From an uncultured Alphaproteobacteria bacterium (lineage in GTDB: Bacteria; Pseudomonadota; Alphaproteobacteria; Methylaequorales; Methylaequoraceae): a stretch of DNA of 64,000 nucleotides. Within the stretch, counting starts at the first letter, position 1. Each line of letters opens with the position of its first letter. Positions 1 to 11,645 of the stretch are shown piece by piece. The notes beneath the pieces are model-generated. The model worked only from the letters and a program-made list of their open reading frames with translations, was not told the origin of the DNA and made no database searches. A program made the position numbers and the translations under genes. The stretch lies in the NCBI GenBank assembly GCA_902550225.1, contig CACCYL010000002.1, positions 13,539 through 77,538 of the forward strand, read 5' to 3'.

Positions 1-969
1 TTCTTGATAAAATTGGTTATTTTTATTCCATGGAAGAATAACACCTTCATTGAGAGATAATGAGGGATTGCCAATAATAAGCTCTGGGTTAAATTTTTCC
101 TTATAACCAAGACCGTCACAAGACTTACAGGCACCATTGGGACTATTGAACGAAAATAGTCTGGGCTCTATTTCTTCAATAGTGAAACCTGAAATTGGAC
201 AAGCAAATTTTGATGAAAAAATAAAATTTTTTTTTTCGACCACATCATAAAAATAAATGACTCCATCAGACAAACTTATCGCAGCTTCCACTGATTGTGC
301 TATTCTACTTTCGTATTTTTTGTCAACCTCTATTCTATCAACTATAATATCAATTGAATGATTTTTCTTCTTATCAAGTTGAGGTATATTTGAAGAGTCA
401 CAAACTTCCCCATCAATCCTAAATCTCATAAATCCTTTTTTAATAAAATCAGCAATCTCTTTTTTAAACTCACCCTTCCTGTTATTAACTACAGGAGAAA
501 TCAAATAAAATTTTTTCTTTTTTTTGAATTTATAAAATTCATCCACAATTTCTTGAACACTCATTGATTTGATTTCTTTTCCAGTTTCCGGAGAGTAAGG
601 AGTTCCAATTCTTGCAAATAAAACTCTAAAGTAATCATATATTTCAGTAACTGTGCCGACGGTTGATCTTGGATTTCTAGACGTTGTTTTCTGATCAATT
701 GATATAGATGGCGATAAACCTTCTATAGAATCAACATCAGGCTTCTCCATCATATTTAAAAATTGTCTAGCATAAGAGGATAAACTCTCTACGTATCGTC
801 TCTGACCTTCTGCGTAAATCGTATCAAAAGCAAGCGATGATTTTCCTGATCCAGATAAACCACTAATAACAACAAACTTATTTTTAGGAATATTTACATC
901 GATGTTCTTAAGATTGTGTTGTCTTGCTCCGACTATTTTTATAAAGTTTTGATTGTGCCTTGTTTTCAT
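1..969 (-). CDS. uvrA: Excinuclease ABC subunit A (3' part outside window)
   Basis: Manual minus-strand translation from ATG at 969 gives [37 protein letters not shown] and [18 protein letters not shown]; not in the ORF track because it runs off the window. Confidence 0.97.
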   Translation of the reverse strand, partial: MKTRHNQNFIKIVGARQHNLKNIDVNIPKNKFVVISGLSGSGKSSLAFDTIYAEGQRRYVESLSSYARQFLNMMEKPDVDSIEGLSPSISIDQKTTSRNPRSTVGTVTEIYDYFRVLFARIGTPYSPETGKEIKSMSVQEIVDEFYKFKKKKKFYLISPVVNNRKGEFKKEIADFIKKGFMRFRIDGEVCDSSNIPQLDKKKNHSIDIIVDRIEVDKKYESRIAQSVEAAISLSDGVIYFYDVVEKKNFIFSSKFACPISGFTIEEIEPRLFSFNSPNGACKSCDGLGYKEKFNPELIIGNPSLSLNEGVILPWNKNNQFYQE

Positions 970-1043
970 TTTCTTAAAAACTTTTAAAAGATTTATATTT
1001 TATTTAGAGTAATTATGATATTATAATTTTTTTTATTATAACA

Positions 1044-1505
1044 ATGGCCGGATCAGTTAATAAAGTCATATTACTTGGAAGATTAGGTGGAGACCCAGAA
1101 ATAAGAGTTTCTCAAGAAGGAACAAAAATAGCTAGGTTCTCAGTTGCTACAAGCGAATCTTGGAAAGATAAGACAACAAACGAGAAAAAAGAAAAAACGG
1201 ATTGGCATAAGATTGTAATTTTTTCAGCTGGGCTAGCTGAAATAGTCGAGAAATTTCTTAAAAAAGGCTCTCTTGTTTATTTAGAAGGTCAAATTAGATC
1301 CAGAAAATTCAATGACCAAGCTGGCGTTGAGAAAACAACAACTGAAATAATACTTCAAGGATATAACTGTCAGTTGACAATGTTAGATAACAAATCGGAT
1401 GATTTTCAAAAATTGAATTCTCCTGACATTGAAAATTCTTCTGTTGAAAAAAAAATTGAAGAATCTGCGCAAGATTTTGATATAGAGGATGAAGTCCCTT
1501 TTTAA
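1044..1505 (+). CDS. ssb: Single-stranded DNA-binding protein
   Basis: SVNKVILLGRLG N-terminus, acidic DEVPF tail, divergent from uvrA. Confidence 0.98.
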   Translation: MAGSVNKVILLGRLGGDPEIRVSQEGTKIARFSVATSESWKDKTTNEKKEKTDWHKIVIFSAGLAEIVEKFLKKGSLVYLEGQIRSRKFNDQAGVEKTTTEIILQGYNCQLTMLDNKSDDFQKLNSPDIENSSVEKKIEESAQDFDIEDEVPF

Positions 1506-1517
1506 AACAAAAAATTT

Positions 1518-4154
1518 ATGATTGACGATAGTAAGCCAGAAAATATAGAAAACGAAAGTATCTTTATAGAAAGAGAAATGGAGAACTCTTTCTTAGACTA
1601 TGCAATGAGTGTGATAGTTTCTAGGGCTTTGCCAGATGTATGCGATGGGTTAAAACCAGTTCACAGAAGAATTATTTATGCAATGAATGAAGCCGGGTAT
1701 ACTTCAGGTAAACCCTCCAGGAAATCTGCAAGAATTGTTGGTGATGTTATGGGTAAATACCATCCGCATGGTGATTCTGCTATATATGACGCGATGGTTC
1801 GATTGGCCCAGGATTTTAGTATGAGGGTTCCACTTATTGATGGCCAAGGAAACTTTGGTTCAATGGACGGAGATTCTGCAGCTGCTATGAGATATACAGA
1901 AGCTAAATTATCTCCAATTGCTTCATTTCTTGTAAATGATATTGACAACGAGACAGTCAATTTTAAAGAAAATTATGATGGGACAGCTTTTGAACCAGAA
2001 CTACTTCCTGCTGAGTTTCCAAACTTACTGATAAATGGTTCAGAAGGAATTGCTGTAGGCATGGCAACTAAAATTCCTCCACATTGTCCAAATGAAATTA
2101 TTGATGCGTGTTGTAAAATTATCTTAGAACCTAACGCCTCAGATGAAGATTTACTTGACTTAGTGAAAGGACCAGATTTCCCAACTGGAGGAATAATTGT
2201 CGGGAAAACAGGTATCAAAGATGCTTATTCAAAAGGAAAAGGTTCAATAATAATAAGAGCTAGAACATCTATAGAAAATTCAAAAAAAGGGAGAGAATCA
2301 ATAATTATTTCAGAGATTCCTTATTCAATAAAGAAGTCTCAATTAATTGAAAATATTGCAAAAGTAGCAAAAGAAAAGATTATAGATGGAATATCCGAAC
2401 TGAGAGATGAATCCAACAGAGAAGGGGTGAGAGTTGTAATTGATCTAAAAAGAGATGTTCAAGCTGACGTGGTAATGAACCAATTATACAAATTTACGTC
2501 ATTACAGACCTCCTTTGGGATAAATATGTTGGCATTAAACAATGGTGTTCCAGAACTTTTAAATTTAAGAAGATATTTAGAACTTTTCACAAAGTTTAGA
2601 AAAGATGTTGTTTATAAAAGAACCAAATATCATTTAAAGAAGACAAGAGAAAAGGCACACATACTATTAGGACTTTCTGTAGCTCTTGAAAATATTGACC
2701 TAATAATTGAACTTATAAAATCCTCAAAAGATTCAAATGATGCAAAAAATAAATTGACTTCTCAAAACTGGAAAATCCCATCTGACAATTTTATAAAAGA
2801 TTTTATTAACTCGGATAATGAAAGCTTAATTGAAACAGGTAACTTTAAGATTACTGATACCCAAGCTAAAGCAATTTTAGAGATTAAGTTGAGTAGACTT
2901 ACAGGGTTAGAGAGATCAAAATTAATTAATGATTTGAAGGAATGTGTAAATTTAATAAATAATTTTTTAAAAATTTTATCTTCAAAAGATAAACTTAACG
3001 AAGTAATAATCGAAGAATTACATCAAATAAAAGAAAAAATAGGATCTTCACGACAAACTGAGATATCAGAGAGTGAAGAAATCATTGATGACGAATCACT
3101 TATTAAGTCTGAGGATGTTGTCGTTACCCTAACGCATACAGGATACATAAAAAGGGTTCCACTTAATTCTTATAGAGCACAAAAGCGAGGTGGAAAAGGC
3201 AGAGCTGGAATGACAACTAAACAAGAAGACTTTGTCAGCGAAGTTTTTGCAGTAAATACACTTGCTCCACTTCTATTTTTTTCATCAAGAGGAATAGTAT
3301 ATAAATTGAAAACATACAAGTTGCCGATAGGAAGCCCGACCTCTAAAGGAAAAGCTTTGGTAAATTTACTCCCTTTAAGAAGTGGAGAAAAAATAACAGC
3401 AATAATGCCATATGATGTTTCAGAAAATAATATAATTTTTGCCACGTCTTCAGGAAACATCAGGAGAAATAAACTTACTGATTTTCACAACATCAATTCA
3501 AATGGAAAAATTGCTATGAAACTCAATGAAGACGACAAGCTGGTAAATGTATTAACATGTTCAGAAGATTCAAACATCTTTTTATCAACTAAACTAGGAA
3601 AATGTATTCGATTTTCTTGCAGTGATCTCAGAATATTCTCAGGTAGGTCGTCAATAGGCGTCAGAGGTATTAAACTTTCAAAAGGTGATACAGTTATTTC
3701 TTTGGCGATTCTTAACGGAATTGACTTTGATGTTTCTGAAAGAGACGAGTATCTGAGAATAAGCACTTTAATGAGAAAAAATGAAAAGATAGAAAATAAT
3801 AATTTAAATGATGAAAAGTTTGAAAATTTGAAAGAAAACGAGGAATTTATTTTAAGTGTTACAGATAAGGGTTTCGGTAAAAGAAGTTCCGCGTTTGAAT
3901 ACAGAAAGACAAAAAGAGGTGGACTTGGTATTGCAAATATGCAATTAAGCGATAGAAATGGAAGTCAGGTAGTAGCGTCTTTTCCAATTAATAATAGTGA
4001 TCAGTTAGTTCTGGTTACAGATAAGGGAAAATTAATTAGATGTCCTGTGAATGACGTAAGAATTGGAGGAAGACAAACTCAGGGTGTGACGCTTTTTAAT
4101 GTATCTGATGAAGAAAAAGTAGTTTCCGTTGCTAAATTAGAGGAAAATGACTGA
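1518..4154 (+). CDS. gyrA: DNA gyrase subunit A
   Basis: RALPD, YHPHGD, AAMRYTE active site, GyrA-box QKRGGKG. Confidence 0.98.
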   Translation: MIDDSKPENIENESIFIEREMENSFLDYAMSVIVSRALPDVCDGLKPVHRRIIYAMNEAGYTSGKPSRKSARIVGDVMGKYHPHGDSAIYDAMVRLAQDFSMRVPLIDGQGNFGSMDGDSAAAMRYTEAKLSPIASFLVNDIDNETVNFKENYDGTAFEPELLPAEFPNLLINGSEGIAVGMATKIPPHCPNEIIDACCKIILEPNASDEDLLDLVKGPDFPTGGIIVGKTGIKDAYSKGKGSIIIRARTSIENSKKGRESIIISEIPYSIKKSQLIENIAKVAKEKIIDGISELRDESNREGVRVVIDLKRDVQADVVMNQLYKFTSLQTSFGINMLALNNGVPELLNLRRYLELFTKFRKDVVYKRTKYHLKKTREKAHILLGLSVALENIDLIIELIKSSKDSNDAKNKLTSQNWKIPSDNFIKDFINSDNESLIETGNFKITDTQAKAILEIKLSRLTGLERSKLINDLKECVNLINNFLKILSSKDKLNEVIIEELHQIKEKIGSSRQTEISESEEIIDDESLIKSEDVVVTLTHTGYIKRVPLNSYRAQKRGGKGRAGMTTKQEDFVSEVFAVNTLAPLLFFSSRGIVYKLKTYKLPIGSPTSKGKALVNLLPLRSGEKITAIMPYDVSENNIIFATSSGNIRRNKLTDFHNINSNGKIAMKLNEDDKLVNVLTCSEDSNIFLSTKLGKCIRFSCSDLRIFSGRSSIGVRGIKLSKGDTVISLAILNGIDFDVSERDEYLRISTLMRKNEKIENNNLNDEKFENLKENEEFILSVTDKGFGKRSSAFEYRKTKRGGLGIANMQLSDRNGSQVVASFPINNSDQLVLVTDKGKLIRCPVNDVRIGGRQTQGVTLFNVSDEEKVVSVAKLEEND

Positions 4155-4653
4155 TAATCTTATCACAGGAATTTATCCTGGAACGTTTGATCCTGTGACT
4201 TTTGGGCACCTGGATATCATCCAACGTGCCTCTCACATAGTTAATAAACTGATTATAAGCGTTGCTGAAAATAAACATAAAAAGCCTTTTTTTAAAATAG
4301 ATGAGAGAATTATTATGATTAAAGAGTCGTTAAACGGTATTGATACTAAAAATTGCGATATAAACGTTGTAGGTTTTGATAATTTGTTGGTTGAACATGC
4401 GAAAAAATGTGAAGCAAAAGTTATTATAAGAGGTTTAAGAGCTGTTGCAGATTTTGAATATGAGTTTCAGATGGCAGGTATGAATTCAAAGTTAGGTCCT
4501 GAGATAGAGACAATTTTTTTAATGGCATCCGAAAATCTTCAGTTAACTTCTGCAAGGTTTGTGAAAGAAATTGCATTGTATGATGGTGAGATTAATAATT
4601 TTGTTCCAGACAACGTTCTTAAAATGTTTGAAATCAAAAGAAAGGAAAAATAA
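4147..4653 (+). CDS. coaD: Phosphopantetheine adenylyltransferase
   Basis: [14 protein letters not shown] and [12 protein letters not shown]. Confidence 0.97.
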   Translation: MTDNLITGIYPGTFDPVTFGHLDIIQRASHIVNKLIISVAENKHKKPFFKIDERIIMIKESLNGIDTKNCDINVVGFDNLLVEHAKKCEAKVIIRGLRAVADFEYEFQMAGMNSKLGPEIETIFLMASENLQLTSARFVKEIALYDGEINNFVPDNVLKMFEIKRKEK

Positions 4654-5180
4654 TGTTTAAATTTTTAAGATATTTTATACAAACTTGTTTATTTTTTATT
4701 TTTACTAATACTATGGCAACAGAGGGTCCAGTGCTTCACATGGTTTTAGAAAAAGGTATTGTTAAGATAAAGACTTTTTCAGAAAAAGCCCCAAATACTG
4801 TTAAAAGGATAATAGAATTGTCGGAATCTGGATTTTATGACGGTTTAACTTTCCATAGAGTCATATCTGGTTTTATGGCTCAAGGAGGAGATCCAAAAGG
4901 TGACGGAACCGGTGGAAGCGGAAAAAATATTAAAGCTGAATTTAATGATATTAAACATGAAAGGGGCATTGTATCGATGGCAAGGGCAAATGACCCAGAT
5001 TCAGCTGACAGTCAATTTTTTATTTGTTACGACAGTCATCCGTTTTTAGATGGCAAGTATACAGTTTGGGGTAAAGTTATTGAAGGGATGAACTTAATTG
5101 ACAGAATTCCAGAGGGAAAAGGACAAAACGGACAAGTTCTCAGAAACCCTACCAAAATAATTACAATAAGATTAAAATAA
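4653..5180 (+). CDS. Cyclophilin-type peptidyl-prolyl isomerase with signal peptide
   Basis: FHRVISGFMAQGGD, SMAR, SQFFI, LDGKYTVWG. Confidence 0.95.
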   Translation: MFKFLRYFIQTCLFFIFTNTMATEGPVLHMVLEKGIVKIKTFSEKAPNTVKRIIELSESGFYDGLTFHRVISGFMAQGGDPKGDGTGGSGKNIKAEFNDIKHERGIVSMARANDPDSADSQFFICYDSHPFLDGKYTVWGKVIEGMNLIDRIPEGKGQNGQVLRNPTKIITIRLK

Positions 5181-5233
5181 AATAAATTTTTGTTGTGAAA
5201 ATCATATAATTTTACTATATCCTTACTAACAAT

Positions 5234-5309
5234 GCGCCCGTAGCTCAGTTGGTAGAGCACTCCCCTTTTAAGGGAGTTGTCATGAGTTCGAGCCTCATCG
5301 GGCGTACCA
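5234..5309 (+). tRNA. tRNA-Lys(UUU)
   Basis: Cloverleaf: acceptor GCGCCCG/CGGGCGT, anticodon arm CTCCC-CTTTTAA-GGGAG, TTCGA T-loop, CCA end. Confidence 0.95.
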
Positions 5310-5326
5310 AAAGACTCGAGTGCTAA

Positions 5327-5950
5327 ATGTGGGCTAGATTAAAAAACTATTTTTTTACTGGAATCCTAGTAACAGCACCAGTTGTTATTACTTTCTGGAT
5401 CGTAATCTCACTCATTAACCTATTTGACAGGCTTATCACACCTGTCATACCATACTATTTAAATCCTAACTTTTATCTACCAAGAGATGTTCCAGGGTTA
5501 GGTCTTATAGTACTTATTTTATTCATGGTTGTTATTGGTTCTTTAACTGCCAATTTCTTTGGTTCGTGGCTCCTTAAGAAAACTGATTTGATAATACAAA
5601 GAATTCCATTGATAAAAGTTTTTTATAAAACAATTAAACAAATTTTGGAAACAATTCTCAAAACAAATAGTGACGCCTTCAGAGAAGCAGTTCTTGTTGA
5701 ATATCCTAGAAAAGGAGTATGGGTTATAGGTTTTACAACAGGCGATGTTGAAGGTGAGATTAAAAAAAAATTAAAAAAAAAACTTACCAATGTTTTTATC
5801 CCAACAACACCTAATCCAACATCCGGGTTTCTTTTAATGGTTCCTAATACAGAATTAAAAAAATTAAACGTTAGTGTTGATGATGCAATAAAAACAATTG
5901 TATCAGCAGGTATAATTAAATTAGAATCTAAACAGAATAAAAATTCTTAA
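5327..5950 (+). CDS. DUF502 family membrane protein
   Basis: VLVEYPRKG and VFIPTTPNPTSGF motifs, two TM segments. Confidence 0.92.
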   Translation: MWARLKNYFFTGILVTAPVVITFWIVISLINLFDRLITPVIPYYLNPNFYLPRDVPGLGLIVLILFMVVIGSLTANFFGSWLLKKTDLIIQRIPLIKVFYKTIKQILETILKTNSDAFREAVLVEYPRKGVWVIGFTTGDVEGEIKKKLKKKLTNVFIPTTPNPTSGFLLMVPNTELKKLNVSVDDAIKTIVSAGIIKLESKQNKNS

Positions 5951-7994
5951 AGTTTTTTTCTTGATAAAAAATTTTCTGCAGGAACTTAATTTTATCAGTG
6001 TTCTCTTTATAGTTTTTTATTAAATGTTCTGAATTTTCTTTAACAGAATTTAGAAGCGTGTGATCTTCATGAGGTTTAAAAAACTTCCATGATGGCATCC
6101 CAGTTTGGTTTGTCCCAAAAAAATCACCAGCCCCTCTTAAATAAAGATCCTTTTCTGCGATTTCAAAGCCATCATTGCTTTTTTTTAGTATTAAAAGTCT
6201 TTGTTTTGATAACTCTGATAAATTTTGATTATAAATTAAAACGCAATTAGATTGAAGATTACCTCTAGTTACTCTACCCCTAAGTTGATGAATTTGTGCA
6301 AGTCCAAATCTTTCAACATTTTCTATTATCATTAATGTTGCATTAGGTATATTTATTCCAACCTCTATTACGGTTGTAGATACAAGAATCATAATTTTTT
6401 GATCTTTAAAGTCCTGCATTACTCTCTCAGCATCTTCTTTATTCACTTTACCGTGGATAAAACCAACTTTGTTTTTAAATCTTTTCTTTAGATATTCATA
6501 TCTTGTGATTAATGTTTGCTCCTCAGAATCTAATGTTCCTATTGTGGGTAAAATCCAAAATATTTGTTCATTCTTAATAAGTTTTCTTTCTATTCCCTCT
6601 ATAAGAGTTTCAATTTGATTTTTATTTATTAAAGATGTAACTACTTCTTTTCTTCCTATGGGCTTAGACTTAATATTTGAAATGGATATTTCACCATACA
6701 TTACAAAAGAGAGACTTCTAGGAATTGGTGTTGCAGACATTATTAAAGTATGACATCCAGCTGACTTCTCTAAAAGATTAATTCTTTGTCTAACACCAAA
6801 TTTGTGTTGTTCGTCTATGACTATTAGACCTAATTTATAGAACTCAATAGAGGAATTGTAAACGCTATGAGTTCCAATTAAAATATCGATATTTTTATTT
6901 ACTAAACGAGCGTAAATATCTTTTTTATTTTTGGTTTTACCAGTGAGTATTTCAGTTTTAATATTAAAGGGAGAGAGTAGTTTATTAAAATAATTAAAAT
7001 GCTGATTAGCTAATATTTCAGTAGGAGCCATTAGGACTACTTGAAATCCACTTTTAATAACATCGGCAATAATTAAAAGTGCAACTATTGTCTTCCCGGA
7101 ACCAACATCACCCTGTATTAGTCTATACATTTGTTTTTTTAATGATAAGTCATATTTGATGTCCTGCAAAGTTGTTAATTGATCTTTTGTAAGTTTAAAT
7201 GAAAGTTTTCTTTGGATTTCATTTGACAATTCATAATTTAATATTGGTGAAATGTTATTTTTTAAATTTATTTTTTTTTTTAGTTCATAAAAAATTATAT
7301 AACTTGCGAGAAGCTCGTCATATGCAAGTCTTTGACGATTTCTTTCGAGTAATTTCAATTCACAAAGAGAACTGGGATTGTGAAGGTGTAAGAGAGAATC
7401 TTTAAAAGAGTTCCAATTTTTTTTTCTAAACTTTTTTAGAATCCATTCTTCAGGAAAATTATAAGATTCAATTATATCTAAATGATTTTTAACAAACTTT
7501 CTGAAAATTTTTTTATTAATCTTTTTTCTTGATAAATCGTATTGCGGTTCAAATTTGTCAAAATAAAAGAAATCTTTCTCATTTAAAACTCCTGTTGGGT
7601 GGATAATTTGAAGCTTATTTTTTACATAAATTAATTTACCTGAGATTCTGTATATATTTTCAAGTTTAATATAATTTTTGATTTGAAATTCATTCATATT
7701 AAAAAAAAGGAGTTCAATTATTTGTTTTTTTTTATTTTCGGCTAGAATCTTAAATGGAGCGCTTTTACTGTACTTTTTTTCATATTTATTTATTAACAAG
7801 TCACATGAGATAATTTTTTCGAAATGAATTGGTTTGATTTCTTCAACTAAAATATTCTCATTGATACTGAGTGGCATATGAGTAAAAAGATCAATAATTC
7901 TTTTTCCAAAATAGCTGATGATGTTTTTTATTGTTAAGTTAGATTTTAAGTAATCGAAATTATTAAAAATATTTTTATTTTTCAAATTGTTCAT
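5928..7994 (-). CDS. recG: ATP-dependent DNA helicase RecG
   Basis: QGDVGSGKT, DEQHKFGV, MSATPIPR, QLRGRV; divergent from sdhE-mfd. Confidence 0.93.
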   Translation of the reverse strand: MNNLKNKNIFNNFDYLKSNLTIKNIISYFGKRIIDLFTHMPLSINENILVEEIKPIHFEKIISCDLLINKYEKKYSKSAPFKILAENKKKQIIELLFFNMNEFQIKNYIKLENIYRISGKLIYVKNKLQIIHPTGVLNEKDFFYFDKFEPQYDLSRKKINKKIFRKFVKNHLDIIESYNFPEEWILKKFRKKNWNSFKDSLLHLHNPSSLCELKLLERNRQRLAYDELLASYIIFYELKKKINLKNNISPILNYELSNEIQRKLSFKLTKDQLTTLQDIKYDLSLKKQMYRLIQGDVGSGKTIVALLIIADVIKSGFQVVLMAPTEILANQHFNYFNKLLSPFNIKTEILTGKTKNKKDIYARLVNKNIDILIGTHSVYNSSIEFYKLGLIVIDEQHKFGVRQRINLLEKSAGCHTLIMSATPIPRSLSFVMYGEISISNIKSKPIGRKEVVTSLINKNQIETLIEGIERKLIKNEQIFWILPTIGTLDSEEQTLITRYEYLKKRFKNKVGFIHGKVNKEDAERVMQDFKDQKIMILVSTTVIEVGINIPNATLMIIENVERFGLAQIHQLRGRVTRGNLQSNCVLIYNQNLSELSKQRLLILKKSNDGFEIAEKDLYLRGAGDFFGTNQTGMPSWKFFKPHEDHTLLNSVKENSEHLIKNYKENTDKIKFLQKIFYQEKNFKNFYSV

Positions 7995-8020
7995 TTAAAA
8001 TGCTTCAAAAAGTTTTTATT

Positions 8021-8284
8021 ATGAATACATCTTCTAAAAAAAAAATTCTACATAGAGCTAAGTACAGAGGCATTAAAGAATTAGATATTATATTTGAAAA
8101 ATTCGTCAACACATATAAATATAAATTAAATGACCGAGAATTCAAAGAACTTGAAGAAATTTTAAATCTGCCAGATAATCTTCTTTTGGATATTATTTTA
8201 AAGAAAGAAAAGGTACCTGCTAATTATGACAATCCTGTAATGAAAAAAATTTTTAAAACTTGTAACGATAAATCAAGTGAATAA
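8021..8284 (+). CDS. sdhE: Succinate dehydrogenase assembly factor 2 (SdhE)
   Basis: RGIKELD matches the RGxxE motif; usual position upstream of mfd; start could also be 8000. Confidence 0.85.
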   Translation: MNTSSKKKILHRAKYRGIKELDIIFEKFVNTYKYKLNDREFKELEEILNLPDNLLLDIILKKEKVPANYDNPVMKKIFKTCNDKSSE

Positions 8285-11200
8285 AATATCAAATAAATTT
8301 GCACTAGATAAATCTTCATTAGAGTTTTTTTTAGCTGCCCAGTCCACTAAATACAACAAAATTGCCTATTTTTCCAGTATTGAGTACGACTTCGATGACA
8401 TCAAAAATAAATTACTTAAAATCAACTCTAAATTGAATGTAATTGAATTTCCAAGTTTTGATTGTTTTTTTTTTTCAAATCTTTCACCTACTAATAAAAA
8501 TAAATCTGATCGAATAAATTGTCTTCATAATTTAGTTTTCTCAGATTCTTCAGATAATATAATAATAAGCTCTCTGAAAGCAATAACAACTAATACAATT
8601 AACATCGAAACAGTAAAGAAATTTCAATTAGTAATAAAAAACAGAAGCTCTTTGACATACGACAAAATTCTTAATTTTTTAGTTGAAGGTGGGTATGAAA
8701 GAGTGGATTTTGTACATAATAAGGGAGAATTTGCAATTAGAGGAGAAATTATGGATATTTTCTCTCCAATTCATAGACAACCCCTTAGAATTTTATTTGA
8801 TTTTGAAAAAATAGACAAACTTAATTTGTTTTCTACACAAGACCAACTTTCAACAAGTACTGTTGATGATTATTATTTATCCTTATCTTCTGAGTTTCAA
8901 TTCAATTCAGAGAATATAGAATGTTTTAGAAGCTTATTTAGACAACTTAAACTAAAGGATAAAGCCGATTATTATAAATCACTTTCTCAGAAAATAGTTT
9001 TACCAGGTTCAGAACAGTTTTTTCCAATATTAAATAATAATTTTAATTCTTTTTTAGAATATTTAGATGGTTATAAAATCCTTTTGGACTCAAATTTTGA
9101 AAAGGATTTCACACAAGTAACATCGGATTCATTTGACAATATTGATGAATATAAAGTTTTAAAAAAAATAAACTGTAATTATTTTTATAATTTAAAAGAA
9201 CTAAATTCTAAAATTGAAAATAGATTTCATACTTTTTCATTCAATGAGTTAAATTTAAAAGAAGAAGGGATTAATTATTTTTCGTCAAGATATAACTTTA
9301 ATAAAAATAAAATTCTAAATCAAAAAAAGTTAATAAATTTAATAAAAAAAAGAGAAATTATAATTTTCTGTTATTCCTCAAATTTAAATAAAAAAAAAAT
9401 TCTAAGTTTTTTAAATTCACAAAATATAAACTATATTGACACGTTTAAACAAGATTTTTTCGATTTAACTAGAATAAACTTTAACTTCTTAGTTTATAAA
9501 TTCACAATAAATAATAGTTTTGTTTTAAATTTTAATAATACTCATTCACTATATTTTATTGCCGACCAAGAAATTTATGGCAAAACTTCGAATAAATATA
9601 TTTCTAAATCAATAAAAGAAGAAAATTTGATAGATGATTATTCAAATCTTAAAATTGGAGATTATATAGTCCATAATGACCATGGTATTGGAAAATATAA
9701 TGGACTTATATCCAGAACGTTTAACAACGTTGTTCAAGAGTTTTTAGAGTTGCTATATCACGGAAATGATAAATTGTTAATTCCAGTAGAAAACTTAGAT
9801 CAGATTTCAAAATATGGTCAAAGTGAAATTAAGGTGAGCTTAGATAAGTTAGGTTTACAGAGTTGGCAGCAAAGAAGGGCTATTGTAAAGAATCGAATAA
9901 AAGACATAGCAGAGAATTTATTAAAAACTGCAGCTAAGAGAAAATTAGAAAAAGGTGATGTTCTCATCGCTAAATCTTTTGAGTATGAAAAATTCTCATC
10001 AGAGTTTGAGTTTACGGAAACATCAGATCAGTTAAAATCAATACAGCAAATTGAAAATGATTTGGCCTCAGGTACACCAATGGATCGTTTAATCTGCGGA
10101 GATGTAGGTTTTGGCAAAACAGAAATAGCAATGAGAGCTTCATTTATTTCTGTTTCAGCTGGATTCCAAGTTGCATTGATATGCCCTAAATTACTTTTAG
10201 TGAATCAACACATAAAAAATTTTAAAAAAAGATTCAAAAATTTTGATTATGTAATAAAAAAAATTTCAAGAATAGAATCAGATACTGAAAAAAAAAATCT
10301 TAAAGAAGAAATTGGAAACGGAAATATTGATATTCTAATTGGAACTCATGCAATATTATCAAGTGAACTCGTCTTTAAAAAGTTAGGTTTAATAATCATT
10401 GATGAGGAGCAGAGTTTTGGTGTTGAACAAAAAGAAATTCTAAAAAAATTTAAGCCAAATTGTCATATCCTGACTTTAACTGCAACACCAATTCCAAGAA
10501 CATTACAATCGTCTATATTTCAATTAAAAAATATTTCATTAATTAAAACTCCACCTCTAAGTAGACTTAATATAAAAACCTATCTTATGTTAAAGGAAAA
10601 AAAACAAATAAAAAAAATTATTCAAAAAGAAATTAATCGTGATGGACAGGTTTTTTATGTTGCACCAAGAATTTCAGATTTAAATAATATCCAAAAAAAT
10701 CTAAATAATCTCATTCCTAAAGAAAAAATAGAAGTAATTCATGGTAGATTGTCCAATAAAAATATTGAAGAATCTTATAATAGATTCTTTTTAAAAAAGT
10801 CAAAAATATTGGTCTCAACAGCTATGATCGAATCTGGATTAGATATTTCTAATGTAAATACAATAATTATTGAAAAGCCACAATTATTTGGTCTTTCTCA
10901 GTTATATCAGTTAAGAGGACGAGTAGGCAGATCAAATAGACAAGCATATGCATATTTGCTTCTTGATGATTTTAGAAATATAAGTGAAAATTCGATTCAA
11001 AAACTAAAAATAATCTCTAAAATTCAAAATCTTGGTGCAGGTTTGTCTATTGCTTCTAGTGACCTTGATCTTAGAGGAGGCGGAAATATTGTTGGATCAG
11101 AACAGTCAGGTCATATTAAAGAAGTAGGTATTGAACTATATTATAAAATGCTCAAAGAAACTATTGACGAACTTAAAAATATTAAGACAAATGATAGAGA

Positions 11201-11645
11201 TTGGTCCCCAGTAATTAAACTTGGATTCGCAATTAGCATTCCAAAAAATTACATTAAAGATTTGGATATGAGATTAAGGTTTTATAGAAAAATATCAAAT
11301 ATAGTTAATATTGACGAATTAAAAGATATGTTATCCAACTTGAATGATAGATTCGGAAACATTCCTAACTCTTTCAAAAATTTATTTCATATAATTGAAA
11401 TTAAAATAAAAGCTAAACAAATGAATATAAAAAAAATTGAGAATACCAATAAAGGTTTTGTACTGGAATTTAAAGATGATAATATGATGAATGTTGAAAA
11501 ACTTATAAAATTAGTTGAAAAAAATGCTAAAATTTTAAAATTTTTGCCTGGTTCAAAGTTATTTTTTAAGAATGTTAAAATTAAAGATGAAGAGAAAGTC
11601 ATGAGTTTAAAAAATTTTTTACAAATACTCTCTAAACAAATATGA
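8277..11645 (+). CDS. mfd: Transcription-repair coupling factor
   Basis: GEFAIRGEI, CarD-like HGIGKY, CGDVGFGKTE, DEEQ, TRCF C-terminus; N-terminal half is divergent. Confidence 0.95.
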   Translation: MNKISNKFALDKSSLEFFLAAQSTKYNKIAYFSSIEYDFDDIKNKLLKINSKLNVIEFPSFDCFFFSNLSPTNKNKSDRINCLHNLVFSDSSDNIIISSLKAITTNTINIETVKKFQLVIKNRSSLTYDKILNFLVEGGYERVDFVHNKGEFAIRGEIMDIFSPIHRQPLRILFDFEKIDKLNLFSTQDQLSTSTVDDYYLSLSSEFQFNSENIECFRSLFRQLKLKDKADYYKSLSQKIVLPGSEQFFPILNNNFNSFLEYLDGYKILLDSNFEKDFTQVTSDSFDNIDEYKVLKKINCNYFYNLKELNSKIENRFHTFSFNELNLKEEGINYFSSRYNFNKNKILNQKKLINLIKKREIIIFCYSSNLNKKKILSFLNSQNINYIDTFKQDFFDLTRINFNFLVYKFTINNSFVLNFNNTHSLYFIADQEIYGKTSNKYISKSIKEENLIDDYSNLKIGDYIVHNDHGIGKYNGLISRTFNNVVQEFLELLYHGNDKLLIPVENLDQISKYGQSEIKVSLDKLGLQSWQQRRAIVKNRIKDIAENLLKTAAKRKLEKGDVLIAKSFEYEKFSSEFEFTETSDQLKSIQQIENDLASGTPMDRLICGDVGFGKTEIAMRASFISVSAGFQVALICPKLLLVNQHIKNFKKRFKNFDYVIKKISRIESDTEKKNLKEEIGNGNIDILIGTHAILSSELVFKKLGLIIIDEEQSFGVEQKEILKKFKPNCHILTLTATPIPRTLQSSIFQLKNISLIKTPPLSRLNIKTYLMLKEKKQIKKIIQKEINRDGQVFYVAPRISDLNNIQKNLNNLIPKEKIEVIHGRLSNKNIEESYNRFFLKKSKILVSTAMIESGLDISNVNTIIIEKPQLFGLSQLYQLRGRVGRSNRQAYAYLLLDDFRNISENSIQKLKIISKIQNLGAGLSIASSDLDLRGGGNIVGSEQSGHIKEVGIELYYKMLKETIDELKNIKTNDRDWSPVIKLGFAISIPKNYIKDLDMRLRFYRKISNIVNIDELKDMLSNLNDRFGNIPNSFKNLFHIIEIKIKAKQMNIKKIENTNKGFVLEFKDDNMMNVEKLIKLVEKNAKILKFLPGSKLFFKNVKIKDEEKVMSLKNFLQILSKQI

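Noticed and set aside
970-1043. LexA box between uvrA and ssb
   Set aside because: No GTTC-N7-GTTC or GAAC-N7-GAAC visible
1676-3766. Antisense ORFs inside gyrA (and similar ones in the cyclase, tolC, VWA and ALS genes)
   Set aside because: Fully nested opposite conserved genes, with no motifs of their own
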